Positions 52,714 through 64,000 of a stretch of DNA of 64,000 nucleotides are shown here, piece by piece (position 1 is the stretch's first letter; each line of letters starts with the position of its first letter). The stretch is from Octopus sinensis (Eukaryota). Position numbers and translations under genes: made by a program. Where the stretch lies: positions 17,980,001 through 18,044,000 of the forward strand of contig NC_043006.1 of assembly GCF_006345805.1 (NCBI RefSeq). Reading direction: 5' to 3'. Below the pieces are notes generated by a model that saw only the letters and a program-made list of their open reading frames with translations, did no database searches and was not told where the DNA came from.

Positions 52714-54002
52714 TTGGGTCATTCCATAAATAATGCAGTTTTTTTTATACTTCTTTTATTTTTCAAAATTCAGATAAACAAACTTCTTTTTTAATCTAAA
52801 ATATACTCTCCTTCATTTTCTACAATGCTCTTCTATCTCTCTGGTAGACTTGCTCGGCTCTTCTCCCAAAATTCACTTGTCTTTGACTAAAACTACTCCT
52901 CCAGTACTGTTCTGACCTTGTCTACAGAATTCATATTTTTTCCTTCCAAATAATTTTGAAAACAGAGGAATATATGATAATCAGATGGGGCAATGTCTGG
53001 CAAATATGGTGGGTGATGCATCGTTTCCCATTCAAACTGCTCCAGCCTTTCGAATGTCATTCTCGCTTTATGTGGCCAAGCATTATCCTGATGGAAAAAC
53101 ACCTTTCGTCTTGAAACCAAAGATGGTCGTTTTTCTTCTAGTGCTGACTTAAGCCACTCAAACTGCTCACTGTAGATCTCCTTTGTTATTGTTTGGTTTG
53201 GGTTTAAAAGTTCAAAGTAGACTAAACCTTTCATATCCCACCAAACAGATAACAATTCCTTACGTGGGTGAAGACCTTCTTTAGCCTGGAGAGCCTGTGT
53301 TTCTCCTTTCCCTATCCACTGTCTTTGGTGCTTGACATATTTATAGAGAACCTGTTTCTTGTCACCAGTTACTATTCGGTCCAAAATAGTTTCATTCATT
53401 AGACATGACAGCAAAGAAGGGCACACATTTACTCTCTGTGCAGGATGAGATTTGGAAAGTTTTTGAGGAACCCATTGACTCAATTTGTTGACTTTCCGAT
53501 GGCACACAGGTGTCGATGAATGGTTGAATGACCAAATCCAAGCTTCTCTGATAGTTACTCAACAGTTACAATGAGATTTTATTTCATCAGGGTTTGCAGG
53601 ACATCCTTATTGAGCTCTACAGATCTTCCAGGATGAGGTTTGTCTTCTAGGCTGCAGTTTCTGGCTCAGAATTTCTGAAACCATCATTGACACTGGCTTA
53701 TGCTTATCGTCTGATCCCCTTACACTGCATTAATATTCCTCACAATTTCCATTGCATTGTTGCCTTTATTGAACTCATAAAGCAAAATATGCCAAATATG
53801 CTCCTTTGTCACTTCTATTATAGCTTTGAAAAAATAACTGTTAAAATCGAACTGCACTCATCAAAACTTGCACTAAGAATAAGTACAAGGTAAAATTACT
53901 ACCAGATTTTATAGCATGTTGATAGAGGTAGTTTATCCCCTCCTCTTCCAACTTTTAGTTCATGCAATTGAAAAATACCACATTATTTATGTGATGACCC
54001 AA
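52714..54002 (-). mobile_element. Full-length (1289 bp) mariner element with inactivated D,D34D transposase
   Basis: TIRs TTGGGTCATT/CCATAAATAATG at both ends, flanked by TA. ORF 52893-53507 has WVPQKL, RIVTGD, FHQDNA and YLPDIAPSD motifs. N-terminus EVTKEHIWHILLYEFNKG near 53818 contains in-frame stops. Confidence 0.95.
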
Positions 54003-54289
54003 TATATACACAAACACACATATATATATATATATATATATCTTTTATAATTTACTTGTTTCCTTGTTTCAGTCATTAGACATTGGCCATGCTGGGGCAC
54101 CACCTTGAAGAATTTTTAGTCAAATGAATTTACCCCAGTACTTATCTTTTAAGCTTGGTACTTATTCTATCAGTCACTTTTGCCAACATAAACAAACCAA
54201 CACCACTTGTCAAGCAGTGATATGGGACAAGCACAGGTACAAACCTACACACATACACACATGCCTGTACCCACATATGTGAATGTGTG

Positions 54290-54970
<681 letters not shown>

Positions 54971-55862
54971 ACAGATCTATCGGCCTTTCAACCAGGTCAA
55001 ATTGTTGGTGCTCATATGGCAGGCACTAGCATAATGATAAGAGCCGAAATGTTTGGTGCCAAAATGTTTTGAAAGTAATGACAGCCTTTGAGAAAGAGGG
55101 AAAAACCTCCTCGTTGAAACAAAACTCTGGAACAAAACCAAATTGTTAGAAAGGATCACAAAAGTACAATCAAATCTATGGGTCATAACAAAAGCTCTTA
55201 AATGAATTAACAACTTGTTATTAAAAAGGCAGAAACATTTCTGCATTTTGCTCTGTCATACTCGTTATTACAAAAGGAGGAAGGTGTGGTTGTATTTTAC
55301 ATTGAGTGTATGTTTGCCATGACTGATGGAGCTAATAATTAGATATATATTTTATGTATAAAATAGTAATTGTAGGTGGGGGTATAGCCTCATGTTTAAG
55401 AAGTTAGGGTTAGGTTTAGGGTTTCCATCTACCAAATATATTTCTCTCACAACGCAGGCATTGGTCAGCCCAGCATTATAGAAGAAGTCGTTTGACCAGT
55501 GTTCCATGCCATGGGACCAAACCTGAAACCATGTGATTGCAAAACCAGCTTCTTAACCACACGGCCATTTATATAGTTTATTTATTTATGGTATTTATGT
55601 ATATATTTATACATTTTAAGGATACATATTGCTACATATCCCTTAAAAAAAGGTGGGGTATGTCTGGGTGTGAAGTTTTTAATCATAGGTCTGCCTACTC
55701 GTGCCTGATCTAGCACTAAACAGTACAATCACACATCATTTCATTGAGCATGACTTTCAAAGAAGCTTCTTGACTGCACTTAGTGTTATATTTGTGGTTC
55801 TTATAATGGCTTTATGCCACTATTGACTGAAAGTTTGACATATTTAATTTCTTGTTTGACAG

Positions 55863-56041
55863 AAATACAGGAGGCCATACGAAACTACTGTGTGTTGCAA
55901 TAAATAGAACAAGCTTGTCTTCTGACAGCATGTTAGCCAAGGCATTGATGACAGAATTTATCCAGCATCTGACATATCCTATTATCAATGAAGAACTATA
56001 TTTTCCAGACGAAAACAGCAAATCATTTTATCATGGGTCTG
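55863..56041 (+). CDS. Probable internal coding exon (179 bp, phase 2 in, phase 1 out) of an unidentified gene
   Basis: Acceptor atttaatttcttgtttgacAG (55861-55862) and donor GTTAGT (56042). Only one + frame is open: NTGGHTKLLCVAINRTSLSSDSMLAKALMTEFIQHLTYPIINEELYFPDENSKSFYHGS. Non-repetitive sequence; family not recognised. Confidence 0.55.
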
Positions 56042-56686
56042 GTTAGTATAACAAACCAATTCTCTTTCTTCAACCATTGAAAATCTATTAAAATCTATTA
56101 GTCAACTATAGACCCTTTCATGGTAGTTTCCCATCAGAGTATAATGATGAAAGTAATTTCTGTGTTTTGAAACTCAAATAATATTTGATTCTATCTGACT
56201 AAGGAACCAGGTTTTGAAATTTGCTCTTCCATTACATAGGACAATTGGAATCATCCAAATGGTAAATCTGCCCCTGAAAGTAAAAGTTTTGCATCTATTC
56301 TTCTTCTTAGATAATGTCATTTGAAAACAGGAGTTGTACATATACATACAACTCCTACACACACACACACACCACACACACACACACACACACATACATG
56401 AAGGTTCCAGTTGATCCAATCAACGAAGCAGCCAGCTCATGAAATTAACATGTAAGTGGCTGAGTACTTCACAGACACATGTACCCATAACATAGTTCTC
56501 AGGGAGATTCAGCATGGTACAGAATGTAACACAGTTGATCCTTTTAAATACAGGTACAACTCATTTTTGGTAGCTGAGTGGAGTAATGTGAAATAAAGTG
56601 TCTTGCTCAAGGACACAAGTACCACCAGGTATTGAACTCACAACCTTACAATTATGAGCCAGTTGCCTATACCATCACTATATATA

Positions 56687-56732
<46 letters not shown>

Positions 56733-56834
56733 GGAGTAAACACATAAATGTGAAACAAGGTGGAAAAAAGAGTACTCAAATACCATTGGTAGAGTAATAT
56801 GCTTTATTTAAAGCAGCAGAAAATTCAACAAAAC

Positions 56835-56872
56835 CTGTTACTCTGAGTTTCCCGTTGCCGTTCATCGGACAG
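56835..56872 (-). ncRNA. Hammerhead fold with U4C substitution and damaged stem II
   Basis: CUGU-CCGAUGA-ACGGCAACGG-GAA-ACUC(A)GAGU-A-ACAG. Confidence 0.55.
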
Positions 56873-56911
56873 TTTTTGCTAGGTTCTAGCAAAAACTGTC
56901 CTATGAACGGC

Positions 56912-56987
56912 GACTTTTGTAGGTCAACCTTAGAAGTAATCTGAGGGTCGCGGGTTCAAGTCCCTCTGCGGGCGTAAGGTAATTTTT
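56912..56987 (+). tRNA. 3' fragment (pseudogene) of an intron-containing tRNA-Lys(UUU) with trailer and Pol III terminator
   Basis: GACTTTT-G-[TAGGTCAACCTTAGAAGTA]-ATCTGAGGGTCGCGGGTTCAAGTCCCTCTGCGGGCG vs canonical GACTTTTAATCTGAGGGTCCAGGGTTCAAGTCCCTGTTCGGGCG. No CCA; TTTTT at 56983-56987; 5' half absent. Confidence 0.8.
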
Positions 56988-56990
56988 ATA

Positions 56991-57400
56991 GGCGCAGGAG
57001 TGGCTGTGTGGTAAGTAGCTTGCTAACCAACCACATGGCTCCGGGTTCAGTCCCACTGCATGGCATCTTGGGCAAGTGTCTTCTGCTATAGCCCCGGGCC
57101 GACCAATGCCTTGTGAGTGGATTTGGTAGACAGAAACGGAAAGAAGCCTGTCGTATATATGTATATATATATATGTGTGTGTGTATGTGTGTGTGTTTGT
57201 GTGTTTGTCCCCCTAGCATTGCTTGACAACCGATGCTGGTGTGTTTACGTCCCCGTCACTTAGCGGTTCGGCAAAAGAGACCGATAGAATAAGTACTGGG
57301 CTTACAAAGAATAAGTCCCGGGGTCGATTTGCTCGACTAAAGGCGGTGCTCCAGCATGGCCGCAGTCAAATGACTGAAACAAGTAAAAGATAAAAGATAA
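56991..57400 (+). mobile_element. SINE family A, full length
   Basis: As above. Further partial copies at 7602-7758 plus 8020-8235, 12580-12693, 15445-15680, 40445-40885(-), 52470-52640(-), 54045-54240(-), 55440-55565(-), 63640-63850. Confidence 0.88.
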
Positions 57401-57415
57401 AAGAAAGATAAAAAA

Positions 57416-57466
<51 letters not shown>

Positions 57467-57548
57467 TTAAATTCAGATGAATGTGGTACTTACGTTGAGG
57501 CACTAGAATTTAGTATGGTATTATCCATACAATTTAAAATAAGGTGAT

Positions 57549-57873
57549 TATAATCAAAATAAGCAACAAAGATATCCAGAGGTAATGCAGTACGATCGTT
57601 TCATGCGACTCCATTTAATTGAACAAGGCAAACATTACATCAGTTTAAAATGCAATCGTCAGTTGCACAAAAAACATAGAATTTAATTAAATTTAAAGGA
57701 CACATTAGTATAATTTTATCCAAAATCTCCAAGAGAATAAGGAGATAGACAATGAACATTTTACCAATAACATCACAGTTTAAATTGATGTAACGTTTGC
57801 ATTGTTCAATTAAATGGAGTTGCTTGAAACGATCATACTGCATTACCTCTTGATATCCTTGTTGCTTATTTTG

Positions 57874-57879
<6 letters not shown>
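57549..57879. repeat. Inverted repeat, 101-bp arms, 129-bp spacer
   Basis: 57549-57649 pairs with 57779-57879 without indels. Confidence 0.9.
57585..57668 (-). ncRNA. Type-I hammerhead fold, canonical CUGACGA core, long stem II
   Basis: GUGCAA-CUGACGA-UUGC...GCAU-GAA-ACGAUCGU-A-CUGCAU; palindromic stem III; GUA cleavage triplet; the stem I closing pair is mismatched. Confidence 0.68.
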
Positions 57880-57909
<30 letters not shown>

Positions 57910-58299
57910 TGAGGGAATATTATTTCAAACTCACAGGGGAAAATTCAATTTAGAAATACTCAATCAAATTTCACAAATATAATATATATACAAAAATTAG
58001 AAAAAAACCACCTTTCAATAATGAAAAATTAAATTATACCATTTAGAAAAATTACATATTATAGAAAGATTAAATATAAGATAAAACATATAACGATGAT
58101 TAAGTAATGTGCAAAATAATAAATAAAATGTATATATATATATACTAGCTTAAAAGCCACTCTATCAGGCGACTTTTAAGCTAGTATATAGCTTTTAAGC
58201 AACTGACCCTGAACGGGAAGATCTGCAAACAGATCTCTGACTTGTTTTGGAGAACTTGCTGCAGTTGCTTCCTCCAGAGTCATATCCTAATGATGATCA

Positions 58300-58600
58300 T
58301 ATTCGTCGCAGAAAATCATGTCAAAAAAGTCGCCAAAAACAGTCACAGTAATGAAAAGATAGGAATCCAAAATTTCAGGATTGCAGGCCCGGATTTGGCC
58401 CAGAATGTTTTTAATTTACTCACTGAGTTGGCCTTTAGATTATAAAAATTGTTATTGTACAAAAAAATTTGTTGCAAAATGTCACATAAAAAAAATTGTC
58501 CAAAATAATCACAGTAGTGAAAACTTAGGAATCCAGAATTTCAGCATTGTGGGTCCGGATTTGGCCCGGAATGTTTTAATTTACTCACGGAGTTAGCCTG
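58300..58600 (+). repeat. Diverged ~180-bp direct duplication inside a probable rolling-circle-type element (58139-58700)
   Basis: Two copies of ...GGAATCCARAATTTCAG...CCGGATTTGGCCCRGAATGTTTT...; 18-bp-arm hairpin at 58139-58190; the ACACTGACATTCACATTTATTAT end motif recurs at ~58960 and ~59385. Class uncertain. Confidence 0.55.
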
Positions 58601-60080
58601 ATTCCAAAATGGTATGATATGTTGGACTACAACTTTTGGGAGTAAAGTTGAAAAAGTGTGACACACTGACACACTAACATTCACATTTATTATACTTTAT
58701 TATATTATTATTTTATATTATATTATAGTAAGGTGGCAGGGTGGCAGAATCGTTAGCACACTGGGCGAAATACTTAGCAGTTTTGAGTTCAAATTCTGCC
58801 AAGGTCGATTTTGCCTTTCATCCTTTTGGGGTCGATAAAATTAGTACCAATGACATACTGGAGTCGATGTAATTGATTTAATCCCATCCCCCAAGATTTG
58901 AGGCCTTGTGCTTCCAGCAGAAAGGATTTATTAAAGTTGAAAAAGTGTGAAACACTGACATTCACATTTATTATATTAGATATGTTTAATTTTTGGGAAA
59001 CTTTATTTCAATTAAAGGGTATTTTATGTGTGTGCGTGTATTAAAGAAAGCAAAAAATAGAACAAAACTGATAGTGTTCAGTATGTTGGCAACAGGAATT
59101 TCTGTCGAAGACACATGGTTACACAAAGTTGTACATCTCTCCCTCTTTCTCTCACATACCCACTCTTTCTCTCTCTCTTTTATTATTACTCCCACTGCCA
59201 CCATCAACACTACTACTTTTAATAAAACATCAACTCTCCTTAAATTTCTTTGTCTCTCTTTCTCTACCTCTCTTTTTCTTTCTTTCTCTCTATCTCTCTG
59301 TCTTCACTACAGCCCTCACTGTCTCTATGCTTACTATTACTCTCACTCCATCATGAATAGTGAGAGAGGGGATCTAAGTGTGACACACTGACACACCAAA
59401 ATTAGTTTCTGCATTTATTACATTTATTACTAACTGCCAAATTTGTGTTCAAAAAACTTTATTCATTACCTAGGTTGCTTAATACTGTATAATAAACTTC
59501 TAACAGAATTGTTAATTATACATTTTACGTTTAACAACTTGAAATAGCTTCTAACTATACACTCACACACACATACACACACACACACACACACCACACA
59601 CACACACACATACATATACATACACTCATATACACACTCATACGTATGTATGTATGTATTTGAAAATCTATGAGAATTACTTAATACAGTTTTTGAAGTG
59701 TAAAGGTCATTTTTTTTTTGCTAAGTTATTTTTTGAAAAAATGTTATGAAGTCTTTTATGAGGATGTTACTAACCCTTTAAGGAAGAAATCTTTTACTTG
59801 TGTGTCAGCACTTTTGTTTAACCTTTTCAAACACACGTGCTCTTAAAGACAAAGTTGTTATTTTTGTGGAAGTGGTAGTATTATTTCCAATTTATTTTTG
59901 GACTTATGGTTTTAGCCATAAGTATTCTTTTACCATTGTTTACTATATAGAGTGTTGGCTATTTTCAGTTTAATTTTGAATTTAGAATTCTTATAAAGTA
60001 TTCTTCTCTTATCTTTCATAGTTGTACATTTTTATCGTTTATTTTGTAAAATGGGAATATTTTAAATTTTCCATTTGCAG

Positions 60081-60127
60081 AGATATCTAGATGTTCACAA
60101 ATCATAAATGACAGTGAAATAATTTGA
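60081..60127 (+). CDS. Candidate terminal exon of the same unidentified gene
   Basis: Acceptor aaattttccatttgcAG (60079-60080). A phase-1 join with the 56041 exon gives (E)ISRCSQIINDSEII-TGA. AATAAA at 60144-60149. Confidence 0.4.
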
Positions 60128-60287
60128 TGAAATTTTATTTAACAATAAAACTATTTCTCTGTCATTTGTGACTTAATACACTTCTTATCGTTTATTTTTT
60201 TTTGTATCATACTATATATTTTATATGTTTTGTAGAATGATACATTAAGGAGCTTTTTTTAAGTGTACTAGCACATTACTTGAATCC

Positions 60288-60329
<42 letters not shown>

Positions 60330-61086
60330 TATATATATCAATCATCATCATCATCGTTTAATGTCCGTTTTCCGTGGTGCTAGCACGTGTGGGACGGTTC
60401 GACTGGGGTCTGGGAAGCCAGGAGGCTGCACCAGGCTCCAGTCTGATCTGGCAGTGTTTCTACAACTGGATGCCCTTCCTAACGCCAACCACTCCATGAG
60501 TGTAGTGGGTGCTCTTTACGTGCCACCGGCACAGGTGCCAGGGGAAGCTGGCAGCAACCACAATCGGTTGGTGCTTAACTTCCCTTGATTTATTCAGCTA
60601 CAATGGTTCATCCTTCTTCTTGAACTACCTAACTTCTCCTACTGACAGTGTTACCTGTTATCCTTCTTTCTATACTATACCATAACCATGTTGCCTGAGA
60701 TACACCAACACTACATGTGTGTGTGTGTGTATCACGTAAAAAGCACCTAGTCCACACTAGAGTGGATGGCATTTGGAAGGGCATCCAACTGTAAAAACCA
60801 TGCCAAAACAGACACAAACCTAGTGCAATCTTCAACCAAGCCAGCGCCTGTCAAACCATCCAGTCCATGCCAACATGGAAAGCAGACGTTAAAGGATGAT
60901 GATGATGATGGTGATATATATATAGGGAGAGTTTACAAAAAAAAACAAAAGACAAAGACAGGTGGTGTACAAAACAAACAGATGTATTAGTATAACGCTC
61001 AGGAATAGAAAAAGTCTTTTATGTTTCGAGCCTACGCTCTTCTACAGAAAGGGACACAGAGAAAAACAAGGAGAGAAAAAAATGTG

Positions 61087-61130
<44 letters not shown>

Positions 61131-61134
61131 AATT

Positions 61135-61539
61135 CGATGACAGCACCACATGACTGGCACTAAGAGCACCATCCGAGCATGATTGTTGCCTGGGCCGCTG
61201 ACTGGCCCCTGTGCCAGTGGCATGTAAAAAGCACCATTCAAGCAAGGGCATTATCAGTGCCGCTGGACTGGCTCCTGTGCAAGTGACACATAAAAACACC
61301 ATTTGAGCGTGGCCATTACCAGTATTGCCTGACTGGCTCTCGTGCCGGTGGCACGTAAAAGTACTCATTACACTCTCAGAGTGGTTGGCGTTAGGAAGGG
61401 CATCCAGGTGTAGAAACTCTGCCAGATCAAGATTGGAGCCTGGTGCAGCCATCTGGTTCACCAGTCCCCAGTCAAACCATCCAACATGCCAGCATGGAAA
61501 GCAGACATTAAACAAGGATGATGATGAGGATGATGATGG

Positions 61540-61570
<31 letters not shown>

Positions 61571-61710
61571 GATAATGATGATGATGATGATGATATTAAG
61601 ATTGGAGCCTTGTGCAGCCATCTGGTTTGCCAGTCCCCAGTCAAACCCTCCAACCCATGCCAGCATGGAAAGCAGACGTTAAACGAGGATGATGATGAGG
61701 ATGATGATGG

Positions 61711-61746
<36 letters not shown>

Positions 61747-61756
61747 CGACGACGAC

Positions 61757-61795
<39 letters not shown>

Positions 61796-62290
61796 ATTAA
61801 GACTGGAGCCTGGTGCAGCCATCTGGTTCGCCAGCCCACAGTCAAACTGTCCAACCCATGCTAGCATGGAAAGCGGACATTAAACGATGATGATGATGAT
61901 GATATATATATATATATACGGTGACACGTAAAAGCACTGTCCGTTCGTGGCCGGTTGCCAGCTCTGTCTGGCCCCGTGTCGGTGGCACGTAAAAGCACCA
62001 TCCGTTCGTGGCCGTTGCCAGCATCGCCTGGCCCCGTGCCGGTGACACGTAAAAGCACCATCCGTTCGTGGCCGTTCGCCAGCTCTGTCTGGCACCTGTG
62101 CAGGTGGCACGTAAAAAACACCCACTACACTCGCGGAGTGGTTGGCGTTAGGAAGGGCATCCAGCCGTAGAAACACTGCCAGATCTGACTGGGCCTGACG
62201 AAGCCTTCCAGCTTCACAGACCCCAGTTGACCGTCCAACCCATGCTAGCATGGAAAGCGGACGCTAAACGATGATGATGATGATGATGAT
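61135..62290 (+). mobile_element. Cluster of family C copies with triplicated 3' end and internal ~57-bp tandem repeats
   Basis: The 3' end plus (GAT)n tail occurs three times in 61430-61900. GGTGACACGTAAAAGCACCATCCGTTCGTGGCCG units repeat in 61920-62125. The poly-D/poly-S/poly-M ORFs are tail translations. Confidence 0.8.
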
Positions 62291-63159
62291 ATATATATAT
62301 ATATACATGCGTGACATGCAATATATATATTAATCATATATATAAAAATTAACCGTCTGATTCATAGTGTCATGCTTGAATCTCTTTTACGAGCAAATTT
62401 GAATGTAAAACAATTTAAAAAGATATATCATGTTCTGTCTTTCATGATATTTGAAGCTACTTACTAATTCTTTGCAGATATGATTTTAAAATGAGAAATT
62501 TAAGTGCTGTATTGCAATATATACTGTTTGTGCAGTCTCGTCTAAGAGAAATGAGTGAGAAAGCACATGCATGTGTATATGTTGTGTGTATATGTCCTTG
62601 TGTGACAGTGAGGGAGGAAGAGAGAATTAGTGTAAGACAGAGGGAGAAGAGGAGACCTTACCACTCCCATATAACTATCAATTTTTCGCCATCTCTTTCC
62701 TTGGGTCATCCTGTTCTCTTTGTCCTAGGAGGACCTCTGTTGCTGGGTTTTTTTTTTCTTTAGACGTTATTCCAGAATACTTTTGGAAATAGATGCAAAT
62801 GTGGGGGTAAAAAATTGATATAGAAAAAAAATTGGTAGAATAAACAGACAAATATAGATGTCTATAGATTTATATCATAGATTGCTGTAGTCGAGTAGAC
62901 TTGTGATTAACTATGACCATCCCTCCTCTTCTTCATGATTTTGCTTCAAGATATAGAGTACCCTGGCTAATACAGTGTGTGTGTGTGTGCGTGTGTGCAT
63001 GTTATAAAATTGTATAAAAGTGAAGTAATAAATATAAATTTACTAAAACAAGTATAGAATTTATCTGGTATGTGATTCTGTAAGTAGAAATACTTCTAAA
63101 AATGCAAACACATGATTACTCACAAGTATACATAATATATAATACAGAGCTCATGTGTG

Positions 63160-63228
<69 letters not shown>

Positions 63229-63853
63229 ATGTGTGTGTTTGTGTATTAGTGTTAGTAAGAGCACAAATCAGTTGAGGTTCACTACAGCTGTTTCAGACAC
63301 GGTTTATAATTTTTATTGATGAACATGTAGGAAATACGACCGTATGTGGAGGTTGGCAACATAGGTAAGTCACACGGTCGCATCCCTAACGAAATAAGAT
63401 AAGCCATAAATACAATTTATACAATGCAGTGCCAACAGTTTATTATTCGAGCTTTAGTTGATTCCTCCGTGGTGTTGTTTTGCATTTATAATACAATAAG
63501 TATATACAAATTATAAATATAATTTTAAAAAATATACAGTACAATACTGTTTCTACTTCACGGATTTTCACTTATCGAGGGGTTGCATAACTTAACACCC
63601 ATAATAATCAAGGAATTATTGCATGGGGGGAGGGGCTGTGTTGAGTGGGTTTTGTGTCTGTAATTGTCCTCCACTACTGCTTGACAACCAGTGTTTATGG
63701 GTTTACATCCCCTGTAACTTAGTGGCTCAGCAAAAGTGACCAATAGAATAAAAAAATCAGGCTTAAAAAGAAATAAGTCCTGGTGTTGATTAGTTCAAAT
63801 AAAATTCCCCGAGGTCTAATTATTGAAACAAGTAAAAGATAAAAGATGGAAGA

Positions 63854-63884
<31 letters not shown>

Positions 63885-64000
63885 ATGTATTTATGTATGT
63901 ATGTATGTATGTATGTATGTATGTATGTATATATGTATGTATAGGGAGAGTTTACGAAAAAACAAAAGACGAAGACAGGTGGTGTACAAAACAAACAGAT

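Noticed and set aside
61042-61883. Long poly-S/poly-D/poly-M ORFs
   Set aside because: Translations of (GAT)n retroposon tails.

Overview
AT-rich, repeat-dense animal genomic DNA, very probably from an octopus. The species call is an inference from the tRNA-derived SINE families and microsatellite load; no database search was run. Two host-gene signals are visible, both on +: (1) a ~1.5-kb terminal exon of a TRPM1/TRPM3-like channel (2400-3885), recognised by its C-terminal coiled coil and EYTTITD motif; (2) a probable internal exon (55863-56041) and a phase-compatible short terminal exon (60081-60127) of an unidentified gene. The rest is transposon debris: mariner, Tc1, Tigger, Merlin and Helentron-like DNA elements, R4/Dong, RTE and Penelope-like (PLE) retroelement remnants, and at least four SINE families. 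The most interesting signals are: (a) at least six different short elements, most sitting in (TA)n microsatellites, each carrying a minimal type-I hammerhead-ribozyme fold, including a G3-C8 swapped core and a U6 core; (b) snap-back hairpins with 2-4 nt loops, the largest a ~1.48-kb near-perfect palindrome; (c) the 3' part of an intron-containing tRNA-Lys(UUU), with trailer and Pol III terminator, fused to one of those hairpins; (d) a ~1.8-kb non-coding 44-bp tandem array whose unit resembles a hAT target site plus terminal inverted repeat. All alignments, folds and protein comparisons were done by eye.
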